Positions 39,289 through 51,299 of a stretch of 51,299 nt of DNA are shown piece by piece. Each line of letters starts with the position of its first letter. The stretch's first letter is position 1. The notes under the pieces were generated by a model. It did no database searches. It was not told where the DNA came from and saw nothing but the letters and a program-made list of their open reading frames with translations. Made by a program: the position numbers and the translations under genes. The stretch is from Candidatus Acidiferrales bacterium (lineage in GTDB: Bacteria; Acidobacteriota; Terriglobia; Acidiferrales; UBA7541). The stretch lies in contig JBAVQA010000034.1 in the NCBI GenBank assembly GCA_049693595.1, positions 1-51,299 on the forward strand, in the 5' to 3' direction.

Positions 39289-40403
39289 GCCGCTGGTGCC
39301 GATTCCGTGAGAGTGGCTGCGTTCTTCTTGAACCAAGCTACTAATCTTTCCGCTGTCTGTTCCGCGCGGGCGGCCTCGATTCCGAACTTGATCAACGTCC
39401 GGCGAAGCGCAACTTTCATGGCCGCTCGCAGGGGCTCACGTGATACCCAGTCCAGCCCCATACTCGGTTCGGCGGTCGCCAAGATCGAGTCGCGCAGGTT
39501 GGTGCCGGTGGAAGCGACCGCTGTTTCTAGTCCGCCGAGTGTCTGCAGGAACTCTTGGAGAGGCATCTTCAAGTTTGAGAGCGCGCCTTCGTAGGTCGGT
39601 ACGACTTCTCCCCCTGTCGTCACAGGGGTCGCGGCCCGAAGCGGCGTTCCTTCGACCGGCATCGGTGGGTTGCTTTCAGCCTGAACCAGAGGTTGTGGCC
39701 CGCCTAACGCTGACGCCAATAGTTGGACGTACATTTCGCGGTCAATGGCATACAACAGTTTGCTCGGTTCCAGCCTAATCTCGAAGCCGTCAGGCAAAGT
39801 TGACGTCCGAAGTCTGACAACCAAGGTTTCCACGTCACCGTCGGCGTCTACATCAGCATCAATCGAGGTCGCCTGATCCACGCGGTCATGAAATCGCGCA
39901 AACCGATCATAAGGTTCCCGCGTGAACCTAAGGTCAGGCTCGGTTCCCTCGTAGGCCGCCAGAATTAAAGCAAGGATGGTATCGGCAGTGACCAAAAACG
40001 CCCGGCATTCGTTTGTGGTGAGCGTATCGAGGAAACCATCCTTGCCGTGCGCTACCGGGTCATGTTCATTGCGCATCTCGTTCAGCGCATCAGCCATCTT
40101 GTTGTGGGCGGAAAGCAGCTTACTGAGCTTGCTGGCACCTCGTCCGCCATCGAGTCCCAGAATTTTCAACGTCTCCACAAGGAAAAGCGTCGTCGTGGCA
40201 TCTGACGGTGAACTCTTTCCAAACTCGCCAAGGATAGTGATGCAGACGCACTCGACGAACGACTTGACGCTGGCGATGATCCCGTAGGCGCTGCTCTCGT
40301 AGCTTGCGACCACCGAATCATAATGCGTGGCGAGTGTTGGAGCTTCCGGCCAACGTTCTTTGGCGCGGCGGAACTGTGGCACGAAGGCATCGAAGGCCTC
40401 CAT
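39285..40403 (-). CDS. Abortive-infection-family protein (Abi_C-like) embedded in the type I R-M operon
   Basis: The N-terminal half contains [18 protein letters not shown], matching the Abi_C RN..G.GHG-type signature. I cannot recognise the C-terminal ~200 aa. It is coupled to hsdS (TAATG) and hsdR (ATGA). Confidence 0.6.
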
Positions 40404-41753
40404 TACGTCTGCCCTCCCATGGTTCGTTCGACATCCGGCAGCCTAATCTCTCCGGAGATGAGTTTCGGCAACAGCGTATCCCTAAGCTGAACCAGTGCTC
40501 TGGAGGATAATTCGTTGGCCACAATTCTGGAGTACATCGGTCGAGCCAAATGATCAAATTCGTTCATCAGTAGGTCGGGAGGAGTGGTCACAGGGATCGG
40601 ACGAAAGTTGAACTTGCTGATTTCAAGAAAGGTCGAACCGTTCGCCCTGCTGACGATCAGGTCCTTAGCCCATTCAGCCCACCTTAGGAGGAAATTGTTT
40701 GAGACGCCTTCAGCAGCCTTCATCGCAATGAACCCTTGATTGATCGCAACTGGGATTTCTGCGATGGCGAGATAACCGATGGGCGCACGCGACGACATGA
40801 GCACTGTGCCCGGCGAGAGTAGCCCCGAGCCGATTTGAGTCAGTCCTGCGTCGGTGATCCTGCGCTCAGTGTCGAGTAATACAGGTGTCCTAAGCGCGGA
40901 CAGGTCTTTGGGAGTCACGAAGCAATGTGTGCCACCTTCCCAATAAGAGGGCTCTTTCGTGCTCGGGGTGCTACCGCCGTTTATGGTCGCAAGCTCTTCC
41001 ATCGGTCGCACTCGCCAGCCTTCTGGAATGTCACCGTTCTCAGAGGCTACAAAGGAGTTGGGGAACAAATTGGCTACCTTATGCGGCAGAGCCGTGTCTC
41101 GGCCCTCGGCTTTAGCGCGAACTGGATCGAAGCCCACAAACCACGACTTAAACAACGCCCGAGCTATGCCCTCTAGCGTCTCGTTCATTCGCCGATTCAA
41201 GTCGATTGCGTCGTCGAATGTACCGAGGATTCGGCCAATATTTTGCTGTTCCTCCGGTGGCGGAACTACGAAGGGGAGTTCTGAAAGGATGCTGGTATTT
41301 AGGTTGGGCATCGTTGCGCCGTGAGCGTGCCGAACTATCCACTCGCGTACTCTTGCATCTCCCAAGTAATATGAAGCGTAGACAGGGCTAATCTGGCTAC
41401 GACCGAACCTCACTCGTAGGCACCCAGTTCCGCAAAGCCAGCCATCCTCCGATGGTCGAATCAGAGCGCGTCTTTCAACATCTCCACGTCGGCTGTACAC
41501 AATGTCCGAAGGGCGCACACGGTAGCGATTCAGGCGTTCTGCATCCCGCTTTGTGATCCGTGCGATGCCATCAGGAACTACCCGGTTATCGCCGATGTTC
41601 TGTGGCATGATGGAAGGAATTCCGTTCGGCACATAATCCGAAGCATGGAGTTGACTTCCAAAAGGCCCGGTCTGAATGTCCCCGCCGCCTCTGGAACAGG
41701 CTTCACCAAGTGTCGTGTACTCCCAGTTTTCGGGAACCTTCCCGACGAGAGCT

Positions 41754-41764
<11 letters not shown>
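40403..41764 (-). CDS. hsdS: Type I R-M specificity subunit
   Basis: It has a two-TRD architecture with conserved spacer helices. The N-terminus [14 protein letters not shown] is typical. It sits between hsdM and the hsdR side of the operon. Confidence 0.85.
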
Positions 41765-43283
<1,519 letters not shown>

Positions 43284-43714
43284 GTGGTCCCGCCTTTCCT
43301 ATTTGATTAAGGAATCGTACGGTACCCTTCTACGTCTAACTGTGGGAATATTCAAGCTGCTTGCAAAAACGTTGAGCCCCATGCAGATGCTGCTACAGGG
43401 CTTTGGTGTTCACAAGAGAAAAACCCCCGCGGTACCGCGAGCTTGTGCAGTCAATAGCAAGGGATTGTGCGACCTTGGATTGGACCCACTGTACAGAAGA
43501 ATCGCGTAAGGCATTGGTGAGAAATCGGCGTAAGCAGGTGCTAAGAAAAGCTAAGATCACCGGCTCCGGCAAGTGTGCCCAATTTTGTGCCCACCCTAGG
43601 TAGGAAACCGTCGCAAACGTTAGTAAAGGGCGATGGCGCGAAAAGCCTCTAATGCCACGAAAACTCAACGTGATAGCAAACTATCGCACTCAGTCGCAAA
43701 CCCGTGCGCCGCAA

Positions 43715-43759
43715 CTGTTAACCGAAGGGTTGCTAGTTCGAATCTAGCCCGGGGAGCCA
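43715..43759 (+). repeat. att-type direct repeat, 3' half of tRNA-Asn(GTT) (right copy)
   Basis: It is identical to 10131-10175. No tRNA 5' half lies upstream. Confidence 0.8.
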
Positions 43760-43775
43760 TCTTCAGATTTCTCAA

Positions 43776-43967
43776 TCAATTGGCTGCTGCTGCGTAGATG
43801 GGGCCCAAGTCGCTGCGCTTTATAACGCTATCGCTCCCCGCGTCCTTTTTAATGTCGTCAAGGATACGGCGCGCGTCCGCAAAATGGCTGGGCTGATTCC
43901 TTTGCACTACCGGAGAGCTGCAAAGGTCTTTCCTGATTCCCAAACCAAATCTCCACGAATTGGCATA
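43776..43967 (-). pseudogene. Decayed 3' remnant of a tyrosine integrase
   Basis: A minus-strand open frame with no start codon reads ...GIRKDLCSSPVVQRNQPSHFADARRILDDIKKD...AAAAN*. This resembles the LGHSS..T.RY.H.. integrase C-terminus with the His and Tyr lost. It occupies the same position and orientation relative to the att repeat as the intact integrase at 10186. Confidence 0.45.
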
Positions 43968-44002
43968 CTATTACCCGGCTATTTGTACTGGAGGCTGAAG
44001 AG

Positions 44003-47000
44003 ATGCGCCTGCTTCGTCTAATTCTCGCCGTGATTTTCGCCGCGCTTTGCCCGCTCGCCGCCGCCGCTCAGGCTTCGCACCCCTTGCTGCAGCGCCCAAC
44101 GTTTAACGGCACTCTAATTGTCTTTTCTTACGCCGGCGATTTGTGGACCGTGGACCGCACCGGCGGCCACGCCTCTCGCCTCACAACCGGGACCGGCATC
44201 GAGACCGACCCAATCTTCTCGCCCGATGGCAGCATGATCGCCTTCACCGGAGAATACGACGGCAATACGGACGTCTTTATCGTCCCGGCAAGCGGTGGAG
44301 TTCCGAGGCGCCTCACCTATCACCCGGGGGCGGATTTTGCCGTGGGCTGGACGCCCGACGGAAAGTACGTGATCTTCCGTTCGAACCGCGAAAGCGGCAG
44401 CCCGCGCTATACCAAACTATTTAAGGTCTCGGTGAATGGTGGTCTTCCCGCCGCGCTCCCGCTGCCGATGGCTTTTTCCGGCAAGTTTTCCGCCGACGGA
44501 AAATATTTTGCATACTCGCCCGTGGGCGGCGCATCGCCCTTCAATTATGCCTCCTATGTTGCGTGGAGAAACTACCGCGGCGGGCTGGCAAGCTCGGTAT
44601 GGATTGCCGACATGGGAACGCTCGATGTAGTAAAAGTCCCGCGTGAACGGTCGAATGATTTCAGTCCTGCCTGGGTGGACAAGCAAGTCTATTTTCTTTC
44701 CGACCGCAATGGCCCTGTTTCGCTGTTTCGCTTTGACCCCGCGACGAAATCTGTAACACAAGTGGTGAAGAATGACGGCGCCGATATTCGTTCCGCGAGC
44801 GCAGGCCCCGGCGGCATCGTTTACGACCGATTCGGCGAACTTTTCCTCTACGACACGGCGAGCGGCAAGACAAACCAGATCAACGTGGATGTGAGCGCGG
44901 ACCTGCCGGACGTGCGCTCGCGCATTTCGCCGGCCGATCGCGACATCCAGAACTATGGCATCTCGCCCACCGGAGTGCGCGCGGTCTTTGAAGCTCATGG
45001 CGACATCCTCACCGTCCCGGCGAAAGAAAGCACGACGCGGGATATCACCAATACTCCCGGCGTGATGGAGCGCGATCCGGCGTGGTCCCCGGATGGGCAG
45101 AGCATTGCGTATTTCTCCGACGAGTCGGGCCAGTATGCTCTGCACATCAGCAGCCAGAGCGGCGCGGGCGAAGTGAAAAAGTTTCCGCTGGCCAACGATG
45201 CAACATTCTATTTCGAGCCGGCATGGTCGCCCGATTCAAAGCTGATCGCCTTTCACGATAACAAGACGGAAATCTGGCTGCTGGACACGGTCACGGCGAA
45301 AGCCACGGTGATCGGCAAAGCCGTAGTGGACGACGGAGATTACTCCGCATCCTGGTCGCCCGATTCCAAATGGCTCGCCTACACTCAGACGGTCGCGAAC
45401 CGCTTCCATGCGCTGTTTCTTTATTCCGTTGAGTCCGGCAAGAGCACGCAAGTCACCGACGGCATGAGTGATGTCCGCTTTCCCGCGTTCGACCGCGGCG
45501 GGAAGTATCTCTACTTCACCGAAAGCACGAATTACGGCACCACCTCGAGCGGGCTGGACATGAGCAGCGACGCCTTCAACGTGACCCGCAGTGTTTACGG
45601 TCTCGCGCTCGCGGCGGACACCGCTTCTCCCGTTGCGCCCCAAGCTGAAGACGAAAAGAAGCCCGACGCAAAGGACAAGAAGGACTCCAGCGACGAGCAC
45701 GCCGATAAAGATAAAGACAAATCCGACACCGCGAAGAAATCAGACGAGACAGCCAAATCGGAAAAAGCAGAAAAGCCTGCTGAGAAACCGAAGCCTGTGA
45801 AAATCGATCTCGAAGGTCTGGAAAATCGCGCCGTCGCGCTTCCACTGCCTCCAGCCGGTTACTCGGATCTGGCCACGGGCAAGGAAGGCATTCTTTATCT
45901 GCTTGAAGACGGCGGAAGATTTGACTCAGCCGGCGGCCAGACGCTCACCCGCTTCGATCTGAAAACAAAAAAGCCTGAGAAGCTGGCCGAACACATCGCC
46001 GGATTCGATCTTTCATTTGACGGGAACAAAATGCTTCTGGAAATGGCCCAAGGCGATTCCGCAGGCGCTCAGGCTGCCGGTCCCGCACGCGTTTTTGTCA
46101 TCGTTCCCGCCGATGCTCCTGTCAAACCCGGTGAAGGCAGACTCGATCTTTCCAAAATGGAAGTCCGCGTGGATCCGCGCGCCGAGTGGCGGCAGATGTT
46201 TCACGAGATATGGCAGATCGAGCGCAGCTTTTTCTACGATCCGCACTATCACGGCGTGAACACCGTCGCGGACGAAGCAAAGTTCAAGCCCTATCTCGAC
46301 GAAGTTGGCTCCCGCAGCGATCTGAATTATCTCTTTCAAGAAATGCTCGGCGCTTTCTCGATCGGCCATCTGCGCGGCTTTGGTGGAACAATCCCCCGCC
46401 CGAACCGCGTGCCGGGCGGTTTGCTGGGAGCCGACTACGAAATCGTCAACGGCCGCTACCGTATAAAACGCATCTATACAGGCGAGCATTGGAACCCGCA
46501 AGCGCACGCACCGCTAGCCGAGCCGGGCGTGAAAGTCGCAGAGGGAAATTTCATCCTCGCCGTCGGCGGCCAGGACTTGAGCGGATCCGATGACATTCAG
46601 CGTTTGCTGGAAGGCACCGCCGGAACGCAAGTGGTGCTTAAACTCGCCGCGGACGCGAACGGCAAAGATGCCCACGATGTCACGGTGACTCCGATCGGCG
46701 ACGATCTTGGTTTGCGGAACTTGGCGTGGATCGAGGCCAATCGTCGCAAGGTGCAGGACCTGAGCGGAGGAAAGCTGGCCTATGTGTATCTGCCCGACAC
46801 AGGTTTGGGCGGCCTCACGAACTTCAACCGCTACTACTTCGCGCAGCTCGACAAGCAGGGAGCCGTCATCGACGAGCGTTTCAACGGCGGCGGCCAGGCG
46901 GCGGACTACATCATCCACGCGATGCAGCGCACGCTGATGAGTTGGTGGGCTCCGCGCTACGGCGCGATCTACCGCACTCCGCAAGCCGCAATCCTGGGCC

Positions 47001-47386
47001 CGAAAGTGATGATCATCAACGAATACGCCGGCTCAGGTGGCGACGCGATGCCCTGGTACTTCCGCGAAGCAAAACTGGGCCCCTTGGTCGGCAAGCGCAC
47101 CTGGGGCGGACTCGTCGGAATCGGCGGCATCCCAACGTTAATGGACGGCGGCCAAGTCACTTCGCCTAGCTTTGGATTCTTCAATCCGCAGGGTCAGTGG
47201 GACGTAGAGAACCACGGAGTGCCGCCGGACTACGAAGTGGACATGGAACCGAAGCCGGTCAGCGAGGGCCACGATCCGCAGCTTGAAAAAGCTGTCAGCC
47301 TCGCTCTCGAAGAGCTTGCAAAGAACCCTGTGCCTGAACCGCATAAGCCGGAGTACCCAAACTACAACCGCCCCGCAGCGCAATAG
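44003..47386 (+). CDS. Tricorn-like protease (beta-propellers, PDZ and S41 peptidase domain)
   Basis: The 1127-aa ORF has a signal peptide. The N-terminus (IVFSYAGDLWTVDRTGGHASRLTTGTGIETDPIFSPDGSMIAFTGEYDGNTDVFIV) matches the tricorn-family pattern. It has repeated WSPDG/PD40-like blades. A K/D/E-rich linker lies at about 45646-45795. Confidence 0.8.
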   Translation: MRLLRLILAVIFAALCPLAAAAQASHPLLQRPTFNGTLIVFSYAGDLWTVDRTGGHASRLTTGTGIETDPIFSPDGSMIAFTGEYDGNTDVFIVPASGGVPRRLTYHPGADFAVGWTPDGKYVIFRSNRESGSPRYTKLFKVSVNGGLPAALPLPMAFSGKFSADGKYFAYSPVGGASPFNYASYVAWRNYRGGLASSVWIADMGTLDVVKVPRERSNDFSPAWVDKQVYFLSDRNGPVSLFRFDPATKSVTQVVKNDGADIRSASAGPGGIVYDRFGELFLYDTASGKTNQINVDVSADLPDVRSRISPADRDIQNYGISPTGVRAVFEAHGDILTVPAKESTTRDITNTPGVMERDPAWSPDGQSIAYFSDESGQYALHISSQSGAGEVKKFPLANDATFYFEPAWSPDSKLIAFHDNKTEIWLLDTVTAKATVIGKAVVDDGDYSASWSPDSKWLAYTQTVANRFHALFLYSVESGKSTQVTDGMSDVRFPAFDRGGKYLYFTESTNYGTTSSGLDMSSDAFNVTRSVYGLALAADTASPVAPQAEDEKKPDAKDKKDSSDEHADKDKDKSDTAKKSDETAKSEKAEKPAEKPKPVKIDLEGLENRAVALPLPPAGYSDLATGKEGILYLLEDGGRFDSAGGQTLTRFDLKTKKPEKLAEHIAGFDLSFDGNKMLLEMAQGDSAGAQAAGPARVFVIVPADAPVKPGEGRLDLSKMEVRVDPRAEWRQMFHEIWQIERSFFYDPHYHGVNTVADEAKFKPYLDEVGSRSDLNYLFQEMLGAFSIGHLRGFGGTIPRPNRVPGGLLGADYEIVNGRYRIKRIYTGEHWNPQAHAPLAEPGVKVAEGNFILAVGGQDLSGSDDIQRLLEGTAGTQVVLKLAADANGKDAHDVTVTPIGDDLGLRNLAWIEANRRKVQDLSGGKLAYVYLPDTGLGGLTNFNRYYFAQLDKQGAVIDERFNGGGQAADYIIHAMQRTLMSWWAPRYGAIYRTPQAAILGPKVMIINEYAGSGGDAMPWYFREAKLGPLVGKRTWGGLVGIGGIPTLMDGGQVTSPSFGFFNPQGQWDVENHGVPPDYEVDMEPKPVSEGHDPQLEKAVSLALEELAKNPVPEPHKPEYPNYNRPAAQ

Positions 47387-47445
47387 TCCGAGGGCTGCGC
47401 CTGAACACTCGGAGGGTCACGGGCTGCTTACTTGACCTTCCGCGG

Positions 47446-47664
47446 CTATTCTTTTCTTCCCGCCATCAGAAGAACGATGCCGCCAACGAGCGCGATCCCT
47501 CCGAGAACCGGAGGCAGCGGAATAGTCTTGTGCTCGGTGGTGCTTGCTTGAATCGGGCCGATGTCCACTATCTTCTTGTGCGTTGTGTAATTGATTCCTT
47601 GGTAGGCGAAGGAAATTATCCCAAGGACGATCAAGATCAGCCCAACAACGGGCAGAGTCTTCAT
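47446..47664 (-). CDS. Small two-TM membrane protein
   Basis: The 72-aa ORF has two hydrophobic helices (VVGLILIVLGIISFAY and VLGGIALVGGIVLLMAG). Confidence 0.6.
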   Translation of the reverse strand: MKTLPVVGLILIVLGIISFAYQGINYTTHKKIVDIGPIQASTTEHKTIPLPPVLGGIALVGGIVLLMAGRKE

Positions 47665-47706
47665 TAATGCTCCTCGACGTGCACTGAGACAACTTTCAGC
47701 CCTGGA

Positions 47707-47871
47707 TCAGGCTCTCCGCAGAAGTCCGCCCACCAGAGAGACCAGGAACAACACCAGGAAAATAAAAAACAGAATTCTGGCAATCCCCACCGCCGCGGCT
47801 GCGATCCCGAGGAATCCAAACACCGCCGCGATCAGAGCTACCACGAAAAATATCAGCGCCCAACGTAACAT
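47707..47871 (-). CDS. UPF0391/DUF1328-family small membrane protein (54 aa)
   Basis: It is below the ORF-track cutoff. An AAGGAGG RBS is present. The sequence [54 protein letters not shown] matches the familiar UPF0391 pattern. Confidence 0.75.
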   Translation of the reverse strand: MLRWALIFFVVALIAAVFGFLGIAAAAVGIARILFFIFLVLFLVSLVGGLLRRA

Positions 47872-48509
47872 ATCGCCTCCTTAAGGTCGAAGTTCACCGT
47901 TCAACAGACTCACCGCTCGACCACTGGGTTCTAAGCGCAGTAGCCCAAGATCACAATACACACATTAACGTATGAATTCCTTTGGTTCGCTGTAAGCCCT
48001 AAGGCCCTTGTTTGAAGGCAGTTAGCGTTGCTCCAATACATCCAATACAAGGGTCGGAGGCCACTTTGACCGCTACAGTGAATTCCTAGCTTCATTTACA
48101 CGTCATAGCCGATGGTAAGCATTTGCGGATTTAGCTAAGTTGGCTTCCAAGCTCGATGCTTTCAGATCTTACCCCTGGAGGGGCCATTCGAGTCTACCCC
48201 TGATGTTGAGAGTGGCCCCTCTCCTCTCTCCTTAGGTCGTAAGTTCGAGAGTTGGCTTCCCCGTCGCGATTATGTTGCTATATACAATACTTCCAAACCT
48301 TACAGTGTCTGCCGGATAGCAGGAAGTTCGGGACATATCCGCTTTCGACCCGAAATGATTTCGCAGTTTTCAGAACGCAAGACCAGAGCTATCGGCATCT
48401 AAGCCTGAGGAGCGGCTGGCTCTTCGTACCCGAGCTGAAGTCTCACTGGGATGGAAATAGAGCTGGCCGCCGGTTTTCTTCCGCCTTCAATTCTGTCTAA
48501 AATTAAACT

Positions 48510-49946
48510 GTGGACCGTTTTCACATCGGTGGGGGCCTTTCGCGTCGAGAGCTGTTACGCCGGCTCGCGAGCGTAGCTGCGTGTGTCCCAGCGACGGCTT
48601 TGAGATCCATTCCGGCCACCGGCATAGTCGCAACTCAGAAACCCACCGTCGTCCCAAGCGTTGCCCCAATCGTCCAGCTATCCGATCTTCCGCCCGCCAC
48701 GCATTTATCCCCCGGAGATGACACCTTCCTGGAGCAGATGGAAAATGCCAATTTCCTGTATTTCTGGGAACAGTGCGATCCAAAGACGGGCATCGTTAAA
48801 GACAGGTGCAATGTTCGCGCCTCGGACAAAAGCGTCCTGGGCAGCATCGCAGCCACCGGCTTCGGACTGACCGCTCTTTGTATCGGCGAAAAACGCGGCT
48901 ACATTTCTTACGCTCAAGCCCGCGACCGCGCTCTGACCGCTTTGCGTTTTTTTTGGAAGAAAATGCCGAACGAGCGAGGTTTTTACTACCATTGGGTCAA
49001 CATCAGCACCGGTGAAAGATTGTGGCAATCGGAAGTGTCTTCCGTTGATACTTCCATTCTGCTTTGCGGAATTCTCACCTGCCGCCAATATTTCCAGCAT
49101 TCCGAGATCAGCCAGCTGGCGCAGGAAATTTTCAATCGCGTCGATTGGAATTGGCTCTCCGAAGACACTCGCATTCTGCCTCACGGTTGGACTCCCGAAG
49201 GCGGATTCCTGCAGTATCGCTGGGACACCTACAGCGAAATGATGATGATGTACCTTCTGGGCCTGGGTTCCTCTTCCCATGCGCTCTCGGCACAAGCCTG
49301 GGACGCGTGGAAGAGAACCACCTTCGAATTCGACGGCATTCATTACATCGGTTCCTACGCGCCGCTCTTCGTTCATCAATATTCACAGGCCTGGTTTGAC
49401 TTTCGAGCCAAGCGTGACAAGTACGTCGATTATTTTCAGAATTCCATTCTTGCTACGGACGTACACCGCCGCTTTTGTCTAAGCTTGGCGAAAAAATTCC
49501 CCGATTACAGCGACAATCTCTGGGGCATTTCCGCTTCGGACTCCGAACACGGGTACGAAGTCTGGGGCGGGCCTCCCTCCACCGGGCCTATCGACGGAAC
49601 CGTGGTCCCCTGTGCTTCCGCAGGCTCGCTCCCGTTTCTGCCCGGACCAGTCATGCGCGTGCTACGCAACATTCAATACCGCTACAGCGCGGGCACCTGG
49701 AGCCGATACGGTTTCGTGGATGCTTTCAACCCGCGCACAAACTGGTATGACAGCGATATCGTCGGCATCGACTCAGGGATCAGCATGGTAATGGCGGAGA
49801 ATGCGCGGACTGCTTTCGTCTGGGATACTTTTATGAAGAATCCGGAAGCGCAACGTGGCATGGAACGGGCCGGATTTAAATCCTACAAGCCCTCATCGCC
49901 TCAGGAACTGGTGGAAATGCACTCTCGCCCGGTCCGACGCGAGTGA
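48510..49946 (+). CDS. TAT-exported glucoamylase-family / GH144-like beta-1,2-glucanase-like protein
   Basis: It has a twin-arginine signal (GLSRRELLRRLASVAA). The (alpha/alpha)6-like motifs FLYFWEQCDPKTGIVKDR and GSIAATGFGLTAL are recalled from glucoamylase-family (DUF3131-type) proteins. Confidence 0.55.
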   Translation: MDRFHIGGGLSRRELLRRLASVAACVPATALRSIPATGIVATQKPTVVPSVAPIVQLSDLPPATHLSPGDDTFLEQMENANFLYFWEQCDPKTGIVKDRCNVRASDKSVLGSIAATGFGLTALCIGEKRGYISYAQARDRALTALRFFWKKMPNERGFYYHWVNISTGERLWQSEVSSVDTSILLCGILTCRQYFQHSEISQLAQEIFNRVDWNWLSEDTRILPHGWTPEGGFLQYRWDTYSEMMMMYLLGLGSSSHALSAQAWDAWKRTTFEFDGIHYIGSYAPLFVHQYSQAWFDFRAKRDKYVDYFQNSILATDVHRRFCLSLAKKFPDYSDNLWGISASDSEHGYEVWGGPPSTGPIDGTVVPCASAGSLPFLPGPVMRVLRNIQYRYSAGTWSRYGFVDAFNPRTNWYDSDIVGIDSGISMVMAENARTAFVWDTFMKNPEAQRGMERAGFKSYKPSSPQELVEMHSRPVRRE

Positions 49947-49978
49947 AACAGTTTTAGGGCGCGGGACAAGCTTCGCGC

Positions 49979-51299
49979 TCAACGGTAATTCGCGGCTTGC
50001 AACTCGAACATCTCCGCGTACTGCCCGCCGTCTTTCAGCAGTTGTTCGTGGCGTCCCTCTTCCGCAATCTCGCCATTGGCTAGCACCAAAACGCGATCCG
50101 CCATTCGAACCGTTGAAAATCGGTGGGAAATCAGCAACGACATTTTCCCCTTGGTCAGCTCGGCGAATCGCTGAAATATCTCGCTCTCGGCACGAGCGTC
50201 CAGTGCCGCGGTCGGTTCATCCAAGATCAAAAGTTGCGCGTCCCGCAGGTAGGCTCGGGCCAGGGCTATCTTTTGCCACTCGCCACCTGAAAGATCCACG
50301 CCGCCCTCGAACCGGCTGCCGAGCACTTGGTCAAACCCGTTTGGCAGTCTGCGTATGGCTTGTTCCGCCAGACTCTTGTTGGCCGCGGCCCGTATCAAAA
50401 ATTGATTATCGAGATCTTCGATACGTCCCACCGCTATGTTCTCAGCGGCGGTCATCTCGTAACGCATGAAATCCTGAAAGATTACGCCGATTTCTTTCCA
50501 CAGGCTCTCGAGGTTATATTCGCGCAGGTCTTTTCCATCCAGCAGAATCTGTCCTTCGGTTGGATCGTACAAACGCGTAAGCAATTTCACGATGGTGGTC
50601 TTGCCCTGGCCGTTCTCTCCTACAATCGCTATGCTCTCCGAAGGCCCCAGCTTGAAGCTGACGTTCTTCAGAACCATTCGGGAGTTTCCAGGGTACTTGA
50701 ACGAAACATTCTTGAATTCGAATCCCGTGCGGATCGGTTTGGGAGCCGCCAATGCCGAATCTTTCGACATAATCTTCGGCTTCACCGAGAAAAATTCCAG
50801 CAGGTCCGTCATAAACAGCGCTTGGTTGGTGATCCCGGAGAAAGTCGTAAAGAGCGACTGCAGATTTCCGCTCGCACCGGCGATGGCGCCGGAAAGATAA
50901 ACCATTCTTCCTACGGTTAGCATGCCGATTACGGTCGCGTAGATGACGTACGTATAGCTCCCGTAGTATCCCGCCAAGCCTATAAGCGATAACAAAGATC
51001 CGAAAATGAGCCGGCGTTTCGATAGCCCCAAAGTCTGGTGGTACAGCACGTCGGATAAATCCGAATAACGGTCTACGAGAAACGGAGCCAATCCAAATAA
51101 CTTTAGTTCCTTCGCGCTTTCCTTGGTCCCACCTAAAACCCGCAGGTATTCCAGTTCACGCCGGTCGGGAGTCTGTTGAAAGCTAAGCGAGTAATTCATG
51201 AAAGCAAAATGAGTTTCGCCGAGAAATACCGGAATGATGCAAACCACCAGCGCCAGCAATAGTAATTTTGAAAATAGAAAAATCGCCGCCGCCAAAGTG
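49979..51299 (-). CDS. ABC exporter, fused permease/ATPase (MsbA-like), 5' end outside the window
   Basis: It has Walker A (GENGQGKTT), the ABC signature (LSGGEWQKIALARA) and Walker B (LLILDEPTAALD). The N-terminal TM region runs off the window edge. Confidence 0.85.
   Translation of the reverse strand, partial: TLAAAIFLFSKLLLLALVVCIIPVFLGETHFAFMNYSLSFQQTPDRRELEYLRVLGGTKESAKELKLFGLAPFLVDRYSDLSDVLYHQTLGLSKRRLIFGSLLSLIGLAGYYGSYTYVIYATVIGMLTVGRMVYLSGAIAGASGNLQSLFTTFSGITNQALFMTDLLEFFSVKPKIMSKDSALAAPKPIRTGFEFKNVSFKYPGNSRMVLKNVSFKLGPSESIAIVGENGQGKTTIVKLLTRLYDPTEGQILLDGKDLREYNLESLWKEIGVIFQDFMRYEMTAAENIAVGRIEDLDNQFLIRAAANKSLAEQAIRRLPNGFDQVLGSRFEGGVDLSGGEWQKIALARAYLRDAQLLILDEPTAALDARAESEIFQRFAELTKGKMSLLISHRFSTVRMADRVLVLANGEIAEEGRHEQLLKDGGQYAEMFELQAANYR

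Noticed and set aside
45646-45795. Repetitive K/D/E-rich stretch (EDEKKPDAKDKKDSSDEHADKDKDKSDTAKKSDETAKSEKAEKPAEKPKP)
   Set aside because: It is in frame inside the tricorn-like protease. It is most simply a disordered linker between domains rather than a DNA-level repeat element.
48178-48221. 9-bp inverted repeat (GAGGGGCCA...TGGCCCCTC) and a repeated GTTGGCTTCC in the 630-bp non-coding region upstream of the GH144-like gene
   Set aside because: The loop is about 26 nt with no U-tract, and I recognise no riboswitch or sRNA consensus. This is too weak to call an RNA element without covariation analysis.

Overview
The window looks like an accretion of integrated elements at a tRNA-Asn-type attachment site, followed by core genes from about 44.0 kb. 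All calls come from reading the ORF translations and the DNA by eye. No searches were run, so family names are motif- and architecture-based.

(1) 1-10.1 kb is a defence-island-like segment:
- A CapH/CapP-like regulator pair (XRE HTH plus ImmA/IrrE peptidase) lies divergent from a complete type III CBASS operon (CD-NTase, HORMA, Trip13-like AAA+, NucC with an exact IDx30EAK motif).
- An extra small gene is translationally coupled upstream of the CD-NTase.
- A Fic gene follows.
- Next comes an uncharacterised tightly packed cassette (wHTH-like, FRG-domain and a 393-aa unknown protein) with a convergent PD-(D/E)xK-like nuclease.

(2) 10131-43759 is a ~33.6-kb element bounded by perfect 45-bp direct repeats that correspond to the 3' half of a tRNA-Asn(GTT). 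It contains:
- a tyrosine integrase, excisionase-type HTHs, a Toprim/AAA_25 primase-helicase and two diverged TerS-like paralogs, which together resemble a phage-satellite module;
- a Sec-dependent RHS toxin with a Cys-rich C-terminal domain and a signal-peptide-bearing immunity candidate;
- a short tyrosine recombinase behind a 24-bp perfect palindrome;
- an FxsB-like radical SAM/SPASM gene, a HExxH protein gene and a GT9 gene, preceded by a 50-aa ORF below the ORF-track cutoff (candidate RiPP precursor);
- a block of secreted Asp-box/beta-propeller proteins;
- a type I R-M operon with an Abi_C-like gene embedded between hsdS and hsdR.

(3) Right of the second repeat:
- a decayed integrase 3' remnant;
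- a tricorn-like S41 protease;
- two small membrane proteins;
- a TAT-signal glucoamylase/GH144-like protein;
- a truncated ABC exporter.

No CRISPR array, rRNA or intact tRNA was seen.
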